Part shown: piece by piece, positions 1-11,617 of the stretch
Position numbering within the stretch: position 1 is the stretch's first letter
Layout of the letters: each line of letters opens with the position of its first letter
NCBI GenBank assembly: GCA_043821445.1
Contig: JBDRCT010000033.1
Coordinates: forward strand, 69,391 to 133,390
Length of the DNA stretch: 64,000 bases
Direction: 5' to 3'
Source of the DNA: Candidatus Omnitrophota bacterium
Lineage (GTDB): Bacteria; Omnitrophota; Omnitrophia; Omnitrophales; Aquincolibacteriaceae
Notes under the pieces: generated by a model
Seen by the model: only the letters and a program-made list of their open reading frames with translations
What the model was told of the DNA's origin: nothing
Databases searched by the model: none
Made by a program: the position numbers and the translations under genes

Positions 1-2941
<2,941 letters not shown>

Positions 2942-2945
<4 letters not shown>

Positions 2946-3961
2946 GCCTTTCGGATCGCTTCTTCAAGTTCTTCGGGAGTGACCGTCGCGGTGCCAAGTT
3001 TGCCGACCACAATACCGGCGGCAAGATTCGATATCTTCGCGGCTTCCTGCATTTTCGCGCCCGCCGCCAATGCAACCGCAAGTGTCGCGATCACCGTATC
3101 CCCGGCGCCGGAGACATCATAAACTTCGCGCGCAGCAGTCGGAACTATGGTTAGTTTTTTATTTTTTTCAAAAAGAGCCATGCCATCCTCGCCGAGTGTG
3201 ATCAGCACGGAATCAAGTTTCAGTTTTTTCATCAGGCCCCATCCCACCTCTTCGAGTTCCGGCGTTTTGTAACAGGACCCATGAGTGCGTTCATAACCCA
3301 TGTAGGCTTCACTACGGTTCGGGGTGATGCAAGTCACGCCCTGGTAATAGACGAAATGTTTTTCCTTGGGATCTACAAGCACGGGTTTTTTGAATTTCTT
3401 AGCAAGCCGAACAATTTCCTTTAAAAGAAAGGGTTGCATCACGCCTTTTCCGTAATCCTCAAGGATCACAACATCCATTCGGTGGATATGCTCGCGAACA
3501 AATTTTAGGATCTTTAAAAGATGCGCCTTGGCAACATCGTCTGTTTTTTCACGGTCAAAACGGACCACCTGTTGGGAATGCGCGATCACGCGGGTTTTAA
3601 GGGACGTCGGACGCGCTGGATCATAAATAATCCCACCCGTCTCAATCCCCTGCTTGCGCATCGCCCTAAGCAACATACGCCCATAAAAATCGCGGCCTAC
3701 CACTCCACAAGGGCAAACCTGACCTCGAAGAGACCGGATATTATTGGCTACGTTAAGCGATCCCCCCGGCATAAAAGATTCCCGCTCGACCTTGACCACC
3801 GGGACCGGCGCCTCGGGAGAAATACGCTTCACGTTCCCCCAGACAAATTGATCCAGAATGAAATCCCCGATCACGAGAATACGGACCTCCTGGAACCTTT
3901 CAAGGATCTCGAGAAAGCATCTTTTTTCCAAGTTACTCAGTGGCAAGGATGTGGTCTTCAT
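2942..3961 (-). CDS. hldA: D-glycero-beta-D-manno-heptose-7-phosphate kinase (HldA/RfaE domain I, PfkB family)
   Basis: RISPEAPVPVV, DYGKG and DVSGAGDTV motifs; no adenylyltransferase domain. Confidence 0.92.
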
Positions 3962-3977
3962 GGGTCCCTCTGATACT

Positions 3978-4021
3978 AAAAAAGAGGACAGGCTTGTCTC
4001 TCTGCAACCCGCCTGTCCTTT
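3978..4021 (-). terminator. Intrinsic-terminator-like hairpin in the leader of the hldA-kdsB-pyrG-kdsA operon
   Basis: Minus strand reads AGGACAGGC...GCCTGTCCT followed by CTTTTTT. Confidence 0.6.
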
Positions 4022-4044
4022 AATAATTCGGAATTATGCGATGT

Positions 4045-4073
4045 ATTTTAACATCAGAAGGAAGCCGTGTCAA
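4045..4073 (-). promoter_or_regulatory. Sigma70-type promoter
   Basis: TTGACA (4073-4068), 17 bp spacer, TAAAAT (4050-4045) with an extended -10 TG. Confidence 0.75.
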
Positions 4074-4137
4074 TGAAAGGAAATCTCTTTAAGTCTTTTA
4101 AATATAATGGGTTAGAAATGATTTGCAGCAGAAAATC

Positions 4138-4425
4138 TTATTTCTTCTTTACGTCACAGGACGAACAATCTCCAGAGCATGCCGGGGTCGAAGGGACGTC
4201 CTTTGGGGGAACATCTTTCTTAGCCGATTCTTTGTAACCTTTGGAGCGGTAATCGGTTTGGTAAAAGCCGCTTCCCTTGAAAAGCACCCCCGCCCCTCCG
4301 GAGATCACACGCCGGGCTTTGGCTTTTCCGCATTTCGGACATTTCTTGATGGGCTTGTCGCTCATGGATTGGTATTTTTCAAACCTGTGCTCGCACGTTC
4401 CGCATTCGTATTCATAAGTTGGCAT
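4138..4425 (-). CDS. FmdB-family zinc-ribbon protein
   Basis: MPTYEYECxxC..CPKC..FKGSGFYQTDY signature; Cys-rich tail. Confidence 0.9.
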   Translation of the reverse strand: MPTYEYECGTCEHRFEKYQSMSDKPIKKCPKCGKAKARRVISGGAGVLFKGSGFYQTDYRSKGYKESAKKDVPPKDVPSTPACSGDCSSCDVKKK

Positions 4426-4540
4426 ATATTATTTCTCCTTTTATGGGAATGATTCTGTGGGATAATCCTTATCATCACTGAAAAAACGGTGATCTTCTGA
4501 GGACCCTGGTTTTTAAGAATGACTTTTTCCTTAAAGAGTC

Positions 4541-6055
4541 TTACGCATCGAAAAGACTCACGGTAGAGAAATCCGTATCGCTGGTCACATTGATCCCAAG
4601 ACGTTTAAGCCCTTTATCATCCCCGGAGGTCGGAATATGGGTCATATGAGCTTCGCACCCGTTCAATTCCTTTAGTTTCGCCATGGCGGCCTCTGCCGAA
4701 GGATTGGTCGCGGCGCTGATACTCAAGGCCACCAAAATCTCATCCAGGTTCAGGCTCACTGCATGAGACCCCATAATATCCTGTTTAAGACGTCCGATGG
4801 ACTCGATCACTCCCAGTGACAGAAGATGAATGCTGTCAGGAATACCGGCGAGCTTTTTGACGGCGTTCAGCACGAGGCTCGAAGCCGCGTGCATAAGCGG
4901 CGTGTTCTTCCCGGTCACGATGGATCCATCGTGAAGCTCGATCGCAGCCCCACAATAAATTCCCTTGTTGCCCTCTCCGAGGCGCTGCGATTCCTGAGCC
5001 ATTGCCCGCGCGGGAAGTACCACGCGCCGGTCCTCGATCTTCGCATCCAGCTCCTTCATCAAAAGTTCCGTCCTCTGCGCCGCTTCTTTTTCTACAAACC
5101 CCATGACGTATTCGCAGGAATAGCGGAAATAGCGCGAGATGACTTCCTGAACAGCGGCCTTCCGGACAATTTCATCATCCACAATTCCGAAACCGGCGCA
5201 GTTAACTCCCATATCCGTGGGTGACTTGTAGATCGAGCGTTTCCCCATGATCTTTTTCAGGATGCGCTGAAGCACCGGAAATATCTCGAGATCACGGTTG
5301 TAATTGACCGTAGTTTTTTTATGAGCCTCGAGATGGAACGAATCGATCATATTGATATCGCCCAGGTCCGCGGTCGCGGCCTCATACGCCACGTTCACGG
5401 GATGCTTGAGCGGCAGGTTCCAGATCGGAAAGGTTTCGAACTTTGAGTAGCCGCTTTCGAGACCCCGCGTGTGCTCGTGATAGAGCTGGGAAAGACAGGT
5501 CGCAAGTTTTCCGCTTCCGGGCCCCGGCCCGGTTACGATCGCGATCGGATTTTTGGTTTCAATGTATTCGTTTGCTCCATAACCCGCGGGGCTGACGATC
5601 ATCTCCACGTCCGTGGGATATCCTTTGGTGAACCGATGCGTGTAGACGCGAATGCCACGTCTTTCCAGTTTGTTTTTGAAAATCGTGGCGGCCGGTTGTT
5701 CATTAAACCGCGTAATTACCACCGCCGTGATCGTAAGCCCCCAGGTCTTCAGATCATCGATCATTTTAAAGGCATCGGCATCGTAGGTGATACCGAAATC
5801 CGCCCGCAATTTCCGCCGCTCGATGTCCCCGGCGTGAATGCAGAGGATGATATCGATCTTGTCCTTAAGTCTTTGAAGAAGCCGCATCTTGACGTTCGGA
5901 TCATACCCGGGAAGGACCCGTGCAGCGTGATGATCGAAAAGTAATTTTCCGCCGAACTCGATATAAAGTTTGTTACTGTATTTCTTAACCCGTTTGAGAA
6001 TGGCTTCGGACTGCTCCTTCAAATATTTTTCATTATCAAAACCTGTTTTTTTCAT
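4541..6055 (-). CDS. DUF1846-family protein
   Basis: GFDNEKYLKEQS, LYIEFGGKLLFDHHAARVLPG, GPGSGKLATCLSQLY and YKSPTDMGVN; start moved to ATG 6055. Confidence 0.88.
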   Translation of the reverse strand: MKKTGFDNEKYLKEQSEAILKRVKKYSNKLYIEFGGKLLFDHHAARVLPGYDPNVKMRLLQRLKDKIDIILCIHAGDIERRKLRADFGITYDADAFKMIDDLKTWGLTITAVVITRFNEQPAATIFKNKLERRGIRVYTHRFTKGYPTDVEMIVSPAGYGANEYIETKNPIAIVTGPGPGSGKLATCLSQLYHEHTRGLESGYSKFETFPIWNLPLKHPVNVAYEAATADLGDINMIDSFHLEAHKKTTVNYNRDLEIFPVLQRILKKIMGKRSIYKSPTDMGVNCAGFGIVDDEIVRKAAVQEVISRYFRYSCEYVMGFVEKEAAQRTELLMKELDAKIEDRRVVLPARAMAQESQRLGEGNKGIYCGAAIELHDGSIVTGKNTPLMHAASSLVLNAVKKLAGIPDSIHLLSLGVIESIGRLKQDIMGSHAVSLNLDEILVALSISAATNPSAEAAMAKLKELNGCEAHMTHIPTSGDDKGLKRLGINVTSDTDFSTVSLFDA

Positions 6056-6209
6056 GGATCTAGCCCCTTTTCGCAAGCGATAACGCCTTGTGGTCTCCCC
6101 TGAGATTTATACTTGTGCTTGAAATGGACTGGATTTTATCATGTGAGACACAAAGAAAGAACGGGTTAATTTATGGGAGAGAACTTCGCGAACAAGGAAT
6201 CTCGTTCTT

Positions 6210-7001
6210 CTAGGAACCGGCACCCGGTTCGTAGCCAACGAGTGTGGCGACGACTTCACCGAGAACGGGGACCTTGACTTTCATCATAAGCGGGACGCGA
6301 TGTTCGTCCATACTCATCCAACCGCGGATTTTTCCTCGCCGGACAAAAAAACCTTCGAACAAAATGATCGGCTCGACCTCGACCGCCTGAAAAACGCCCA
6401 TGGGGCCGATCTTCATTTCCTTGACGCCATGCGTAACGACTTCAAGATCCCAGTTCTTCTCGTCCGCGTTCACCGGGATCAGGGTCTTGGAATCGGTTTT
6501 TAGATCCTGGAGCCGGAGCCAATAGCAGCACGAGATCTGATCCTGAACATGCTTAGGGATGAACATCTCTTTGTGGCTGTTGTCCTTGCGGGAATAAAAG
6601 CGGCCGATGTGTTCATCCTGGTCGTATTCCATGGACTCGTCCGTCCAGTAGCGACCTTCTTTGATCTTCTTTTCATACCGAAGGGAGTGAAAGTGCTCGG
6701 CATCCATATAGGTATGATGTGTGTCCCGAACCTTGTAGATCCAATCAATTACCGCTCGCGAGCGAATGTTAATCTCTATGTGATAGGCGTCACGACCATT
6801 TACTTTAACGATCTCTTTGACCTCAGACTCCGCTTCCCCCACGGTGATCCCGAGATAACTGATCTCGAATTTTATTTTCTCCCCCAAAAAGATCTTCGCG
6901 GCGGGTTTTTCGGAATAGGGGAAGATCTTTTCCGTCTCCCCTGCAGAACCCGCCGGCATAAGAAAGACCAGCATTAAGAGAAGAAATGCGCATTTTTTCA
7001 T
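6210..7001 (-). CDS. DUF3108-like exported protein
   Basis: Signal peptide MKKCAFLLLMLVFL; GEKIKFEISYLGITVGEA pattern and WMSMDEHRVPL C-terminus. The ORF-track start at 7076 lies inside a repeat element. Confidence 0.7.
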   Translation of the reverse strand: MKKCAFLLLMLVFLMPAGSAGETEKIFPYSEKPAAKIFLGEKIKFEISYLGITVGEAESEVKEIVKVNGRDAYHIEINIRSRAVIDWIYKVRDTHHTYMDAEHFHSLRYEKKIKEGRYWTDESMEYDQDEHIGRFYSRKDNSHKEMFIPKHVQDQISCCYWLRLQDLKTDSKTLIPVNADEKNWDLEVVTHGVKEMKIGPMGVFQAVEVEPIILFEGFFVRRGKIRGWMSMDEHRVPLMMKVKVPVLGEVVATLVGYEPGAGS

Positions 7002-7016
7002 AAGGATCAGTTCCGG

Positions 7017-7105
7017 ATAGTCCCAATACCCATCCATCGAAGCAAAGCTGAGATTGGGGCAATCCTTGTCGACCATTTTGGAAATAAAATCTTAGACAAG
7101 GATAG
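7017..7105. mobile_element. Double-hairpin element, copy 1
   Basis: ATAG|tcccaat..39bp..attgggg|CAAT|ccttgtc..38bp..gacaagg|ATAG; arm 1 is 28/39 identical to copy 6 (50819). Confidence 0.8.
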
Positions 7106-7352
7106 TCCTGTCCAGGCAAGCACCCATCCCGTCACAGAATATTTCTTTAACGAGTACGGCTTTCTTGCCCTGGCTTCTATTTTCGTTTTCTAGAAGATTA
7201 CCAGGGCTAGCCTCATGAACCTTTGCTCCTCCTGATGGAGAATGGGGCTTGTGTTCATCTTCCAGCACCAGAGCGCCTTCCGCGCATGCTTGGGTGCAAA
7301 GTCCGCATCCGTTGCATTTTTCCCGGTCGATCTCAATGATCTTACGTTTCAT
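7092..7352 (-). pseudogene. Truncated 4Fe-4S dicluster ferredoxin-domain gene with a 28-aa insertion
   Basis: [28 protein letters not shown] then CDGMGACL; the second motif lacks its final CP because the stop comes from element copy 1. Confidence 0.75.
7164..7251. mobile_element. Double-hairpin element, copy 2 (in frame in the ferredoxin)
   Basis: CTTG|ccctggc..39..accaggg|CTAG|cctcatg..37..aatgggg|CTTG; 84 bp insert. Confidence 0.85.
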
Positions 7353-7370
7353 GATAACCTCTTTGTCGCT

Positions 7371-7417
7371 AAAGGGGTCAGGCATCTTTTTTCTTCAAGA
7401 AGGTTCCCGACCCTTTG
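7371..7417. repeat. REP-like inverted doublet
   Basis: AAAGGGGTCAGGCATCTT (7371-7388) is inverted against AAGGTTCCCGACCCTTTG (7400-7417); overlaps the upstream gene's stop. Confidence 0.6.
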
Positions 7418-8477
7418 CTTGTTCAAATGCCTCTTCCGGCTTTAAATCGGTGAGACACGCGATCGTTTGACACTCCTTATGATAGCGGAATTTGTAGTAA
7501 CACGGACGGCATTCCAATCCTCGTTTAAAGATGGCGACCGCATCAGGCGAGGGCGGATAGGGTCCGTACACCTCGGGCGGCACGGGCCCGTAGAAAGCCA
7601 GGAGCGGCACATGAAGCGCATGCGCCAAATGGACGAGGCCTCCGTCATTGCCGGCAAAAAGCGCGGACTTTTTGAGGACCATGGCCGTTTGTGTAAGGTT
7701 CGTCTCCCCCGCCAGCACGACCGAGGGCGGTTGGATCATCGCCTGCAATTCTTCGCATAATGCCCGCTCGGAACGACTGCCCAAGATGGCGACGCCGTGG
7801 ATGTCTCTTTCTGCTTGAAGTTTTTTGATCAGTTCCGCGAAATACTTCACGGGCCAGCGCTTGAAAGAAGCCTCCTTCCCCCACGAATCCCCCCCGCCGG
7901 GAGCGACTGCGAGAAAACGCTCCGACAGGAGCTTTAATTTTCCGGCAACCTCCGCCTCGATCAAAAATTCGAGCTTCGGAAAAAAATATTCGAGAAAACG
8001 GTCTTTCACAGGAACACCGGCCGCCTCCGCGAGATCACAGTAAAAATCCACGACGTGACGTTTCCAGAACGCCTCAGGAAGCGAAAAATGGATATTGTGG
8101 AATAGGGCGCGCTTTTTATACGCAAATCCCGCACAACGGGGAACGCCAAGAAAGAACCGGCCCCAAAAGGCATGTTCGCGCCGCAGTGAATAATCCAGGA
8201 TCAGATCATAATGCCTGGCCCGGAGTTTCCGGCTCAGTTCCCAGTGGTCTCGAAGATTTTCGAGCCAGGTCTGACGATGAACGCGGTCCTTATCCACGAC
8301 AAAAATATCATCGATGTGGGGATTATGCTCCACCACCTCACGGGTACGGGACCCCAACAGAAGATCGACGGTCTCGACCGTCGGGATGAGACGAAGCGCA
8401 CGCATGACGGGTGTTACAAAGAGAAGGTCCCCGATCCCATACGGATGAACGATGAGTACACGGCGAAGCGTTCTCAT
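7395..8477 (-). CDS. GT9 LPS heptosyltransferase-family glycosyltransferase
   Basis: GIGDLLFVTP, KRWP, NDGGLVHLA and CRPC motifs. Confidence 0.92.
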   Translation of the reverse strand: MRTLRRVLIVHPYGIGDLLFVTPVMRALRLIPTVETVDLLLGSRTREVVEHNPHIDDIFVVDKDRVHRQTWLENLRDHWELSRKLRARHYDLILDYSLRREHAFWGRFFLGVPRCAGFAYKKRALFHNIHFSLPEAFWKRHVVDFYCDLAEAAGVPVKDRFLEYFFPKLEFLIEAEVAGKLKLLSERFLAVAPGGGDSWGKEASFKRWPVKYFAELIKKLQAERDIHGVAILGSRSERALCEELQAMIQPPSVVLAGETNLTQTAMVLKKSALFAGNDGGLVHLAHALHVPLLAFYGPVPPEVYGPYPPSPDAVAIFKRGLECRPCYYKFRYHKECQTIACLTDLKPEEAFEQAKGREPS

Positions 8478-9547
8478 ACAATCCTTCTCTCGATCTTGGC
8501 AGGATCAGAATGATGAGATATCAACTCTTTCACCGCCAGATAAACATCCTCCACGGCAATCTCATCGATATAGGTGAACTTCCGTTCGGCTTCCGGAATG
8601 TGGGAGACATCCTTCGCGACCACGCGAGAACGCTTCCCCGGCGGTCGCCAGCGTCCGGGCCCAAGACCTGCCTCATACCGTCCAAAAATGGAAACCACCG
8701 GCGTGCCGACCGCTGTCGCGATATGCACGGGTCCGGAATCATTGGAGACAAGCAGGGACGATCTTTGAAGGAGTGCGCCCAGATGCCCAAGCGAAAGCCT
8801 TCCGCTCAGATCAAAGACCGGTGCCGGAGTGTTTTGGGTCAGTCTTTCGATGAGAGGACGGTCCTGGGCGGTTCCTATCGCAATGAAAACGCTGGAGCGG
8901 TCCTTTTGGATCCGGGTCACAAGTTCGGCAAAGCGCGCAGCCGGCCACATTTTGGTCACATCGCTTGCCGAGGGATTGAGAACGATCCAGGGCCGATCGC
9001 ATGGAATTTTGTGGAACATACGCAAGCTCTCGAAAGAGCGGGCAAACCGGTCTGTAACAGGAAAAAAGGTTTCGATCTCTTGGGGAGGCGTCACGCCCAA
9101 AAGGTCCAGGAGCTCAAAAAGATATTCGGCTTCCTGTTTTTTTCCTTCTTTTTTATTATAAGGATGAACATGCGTAAGCGCCCACGGTGCGCGGCGTGCG
9201 TAACCTATGCGCAGGGGGATCCCCGCGAACCACGCGGCAAGATGCATCCTGTTTGTGCCATGGGCATGGACCACCACATCAAATCCTTTGCTCCGGAGTT
9301 TTTGACTGAAACGGAACTGCCCCCAAAGTCCGCGCTCGCTCCCTTTTTTATCATAGAGGATCACCTCGTCTAAGAAAGGATTCTCCTGAACGATCTCGCG
9401 ATGTTCGAGGAACACAACCGCCGCGATCCAGGCTTTCGGAAATTTTTGCCGTAGGGCCTTAAAGAGCGGCGTAGTGAGAACGATGTCCCCGATGCGATCG
9501 GTGCGTGTGATGAGAATGCGCGGGGCTTCAGGAAGATTAAGCGGCAT
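8474..9547 (-). CDS. GT9 LPS heptosyltransferase-family glycosyltransferase
   Basis: RTDRIGDIVLTTP, KMWP and SNDSGPVHIA motifs. Confidence 0.92.
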   Translation of the reverse strand: MPLNLPEAPRILITRTDRIGDIVLTTPLFKALRQKFPKAWIAAVVFLEHREIVQENPFLDEVILYDKKGSERGLWGQFRFSQKLRSKGFDVVVHAHGTNRMHLAAWFAGIPLRIGYARRAPWALTHVHPYNKKEGKKQEAEYLFELLDLLGVTPPQEIETFFPVTDRFARSFESLRMFHKIPCDRPWIVLNPSASDVTKMWPAARFAELVTRIQKDRSSVFIAIGTAQDRPLIERLTQNTPAPVFDLSGRLSLGHLGALLQRSSLLVSNDSGPVHIATAVGTPVVSIFGRYEAGLGPGRWRPPGKRSRVVAKDVSHIPEAERKFTYIDEIAVEDVYLAVKELISHHSDPAKIERRIV

Positions 9548-10490
9548 TCAGAAGCTCCAGGGAAAGTTCGATCACTTTTTCGGGCTTAAGTCCATGGAAA
9601 CAACTCCTCTCGGAGCGGGGCAATTGATCGGACCCACAGGAACAGTTTTGAGCCTCTTCTCGCGCAATGCGGAATTTCGGGCCTTCGTGTCCGTACTTCT
9701 CATGGTCCGTCGGTCCGAAGATCCCAACGGTCGGCGTGCCCAATTCGAATCCAAGATGCATGATCGCGCTGTCGTTGGCGATCACAAGCGAAGCGTTCGC
9801 GATAAGCGCCGCCGTCTCGGGCAGAACAAGATCCCCGCAGAAAACTCCAACGATGCCGGGATGTTCCGCCAGAATGTTGTCAGCTACCGGTCTTTCACTA
9901 AAGGTCCCCACCAAAAGGATCTTCTTGCCGGTCCTCTCGTGAAGCACCCGGATCACTTCCTTGAAGTGTTGAACCGGCCACCGCTTCCTCTCGCTGGCCG
10001 CCCCTGCCGCTACCAGGATCCACCCATCCTTTTCCGTGATCCCCGCAGCGTCCAACGTGCGCCGTGCAAAGATCTTATCCGCTGGATTAAAAAAATGAAA
10101 AGGAGCGGGATCGGGAATGCCGGGCTCTACGGTCGCGAGCATTTCGAGGTGGCGGTCTCGCATGTTGACCTTGGTGAATTTCCTGAAAAGAGGGGTTTTC
10201 TTGCCGCAGGAGACCAGGAACGGAATGGCGGTATTACGCAGGTCCACGACACAGTGATATTTTACTTTGCGAAGTTCCGCAATAAATTTCAATTTTTCCC
10301 AAAGGGAAGCTTTCTTATCGTAGATCACGACTTTATGGATATCGGGACTCCTCTGCAAAACGCTCCGCGCACGCGGCCCCACCACCACTGTGATCCGCGC
10401 CCCAGGATATTTCCGGGCAAGTGCCATGATCACCGGCGTCGTCAGGATCACATCCCCGAAATTGCTTAAAGTCACGACAAGAATATTCAT
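9537..10490 (-). CDS. GT9 LPS heptosyltransferase-family glycosyltransferase
   Basis: LSNFGDVILTTP, KRWP, NDSAIMH and FGPT motifs. Confidence 0.92.
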   Translation of the reverse strand: MNILVVTLSNFGDVILTTPVIMALARKYPGARITVVVGPRARSVLQRSPDIHKVVIYDKKASLWEKLKFIAELRKVKYHCVVDLRNTAIPFLVSCGKKTPLFRKFTKVNMRDRHLEMLATVEPGIPDPAPFHFFNPADKIFARRTLDAAGITEKDGWILVAAGAASERKRWPVQHFKEVIRVLHERTGKKILLVGTFSERPVADNILAEHPGIVGVFCGDLVLPETAALIANASLVIANDSAIMHLGFELGTPTVGIFGPTDHEKYGHEGPKFRIAREEAQNCSCGSDQLPRSERSCFHGLKPEKVIELSLELLNAA

Positions 10491-11617
10491 GGCTTCCTCA
10501 AGATCTTTTCGACCGCATCCAAGACCTCCTCTGGAGTGATGTGCGAAAGCCAGCCTTCTGCCGGAAGGTTCTTGGCGCTCGCCCCGTTACAAAAATCAAC
10601 GCCTTGCTTTTGGGGAAAAAAGTTCTTGAGGAATCTCCCTTTGATATTTCCAAGAACACTCCCTGTTTTCATTTTTGTAACGGGGTAGAAAGGGATCGTA
10701 TAACCCGGAGGAACATATTGCAGCACAAGGCTCTCGCCTCTCCCCCGGGGCCCGGTGAGTTTCGGATCTGTGGGGCCAAAAAGGGCAACGACCGGGGCAC
10801 CGGTGCCGGAAGCGATGTGCATAGGCCCGGAATCTCCGGTCACAAGACATGCCGCATGCTTGTAAATCGCGGCAGAAACACGCAACTCCGTTTTCCCGAC
10901 CAAAGAGATGATCTTTGCGCGACGGACCCCGGATAGGAATTCTTCAAAGAGGGTCTCGTCATTTGGGGAACCGGTCACCACAACCGGAAGCTGCCATTTC
11001 GCTTCGATCTTCTCTGCAAGCGCGGCAAAATGTGCGGCCGGCCAGCGCTTGGGCTCCCAATTCGCTCCCAGATGAAAGCAGATGTATTTCGTGTTCTTTC
11101 CGATACCATGCATCCCGAGGACCTCGCTTGCGGCTTGTTCGTCCTCCTCCTTATAAAAAAACCGGTAGGCTCTTTCCAAGGGAAGCTCAAATCCGGCTCC
11201 TTTCATCATGTTGAAAAAATAATCCAGCTGGTGCATCGGATGCGCGGGTTCCTCGACCGCCAGCGACAAAAATCCTTTCCTTCCTTTTCCGTAACCGATA
11301 CGTTCTTTAACTCCGGCGAGTGCAAGGAACACCGCTCGCGAACGGGAACGATGAAAGAGATAGCCCCGGTCCCAGGGTCCGCGCCTCCTTAACTCCAAAA
11401 CAAATTGCATTCTCGCGAGCCAGGAACGATGCGTGCTCTTTTCGTCAAAGCCTAAGAATCCCGAAACCGCGGGATGAACCTCCAGGATCTCCCGGCATCG
11501 CTCGGGCGCAATGCAAACGATCGAGGCTTCGGGGTATTTTTGTTTGATAAGATCGAGCGCAGGCATTTGGAACAGCAGATCCCCGAGCCAATTTTTCATC
11601 ACAGCGAGGATCTTCAT
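10487..11617 (-). CDS. waaF: WaaF-like heptosyltransferase II (GT9) with a 36-aa C-terminal insertion
   Basis: KNWLGD, KRWP, GDSGPMHIA and LFGPTDP..TGP; start moved to ATG 11617, which overlaps the upstream stop. Confidence 0.75.
   Translation of the reverse strand: MKILAVMKNWLGDLLFQMPALDLIKQKYPEASIVCIAPERCREILEVHPAVSGFLGFDEKSTHRSWLARMQFVLELRRRGPWDRGYLFHRSRSRAVFLALAGVKERIGYGKGRKGFLSLAVEEPAHPMHQLDYFFNMMKGAGFELPLERAYRFFYKEEDEQAASEVLGMHGIGKNTKYICFHLGANWEPKRWPAAHFAALAEKIEAKWQLPVVVTGSPNDETLFEEFLSGVRRAKIISLVGKTELRVSAAIYKHAACLVTGDSGPMHIASGTGAPVVALFGPTDPKLTGPRGRGESLVLQYVPPGYTIPFYPVTKMKTGSVLGNIKGRFLKNFFPQKQGVDFCNGASAKNLPAEGWLSHITPEEVLDAVEKILRKP
10582..10685. mobile_element. CCCCGTTA-type MITE-like element, in frame in the waaF-like gene
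   Basis: Perfect 15-bp terminal inverted repeat CCCCGTTACAAAAAT / ATTTTTGTAACGGGG; 104 bp. Confidence 0.85.

Noticed and set aside
4090-4114. TAA-N19-TTA quasi-palindrome near a promoter (similar at 21500-21524)
   Set aside because: Resembles paired IHF-like sites but is too AT-rich and degenerate to call.
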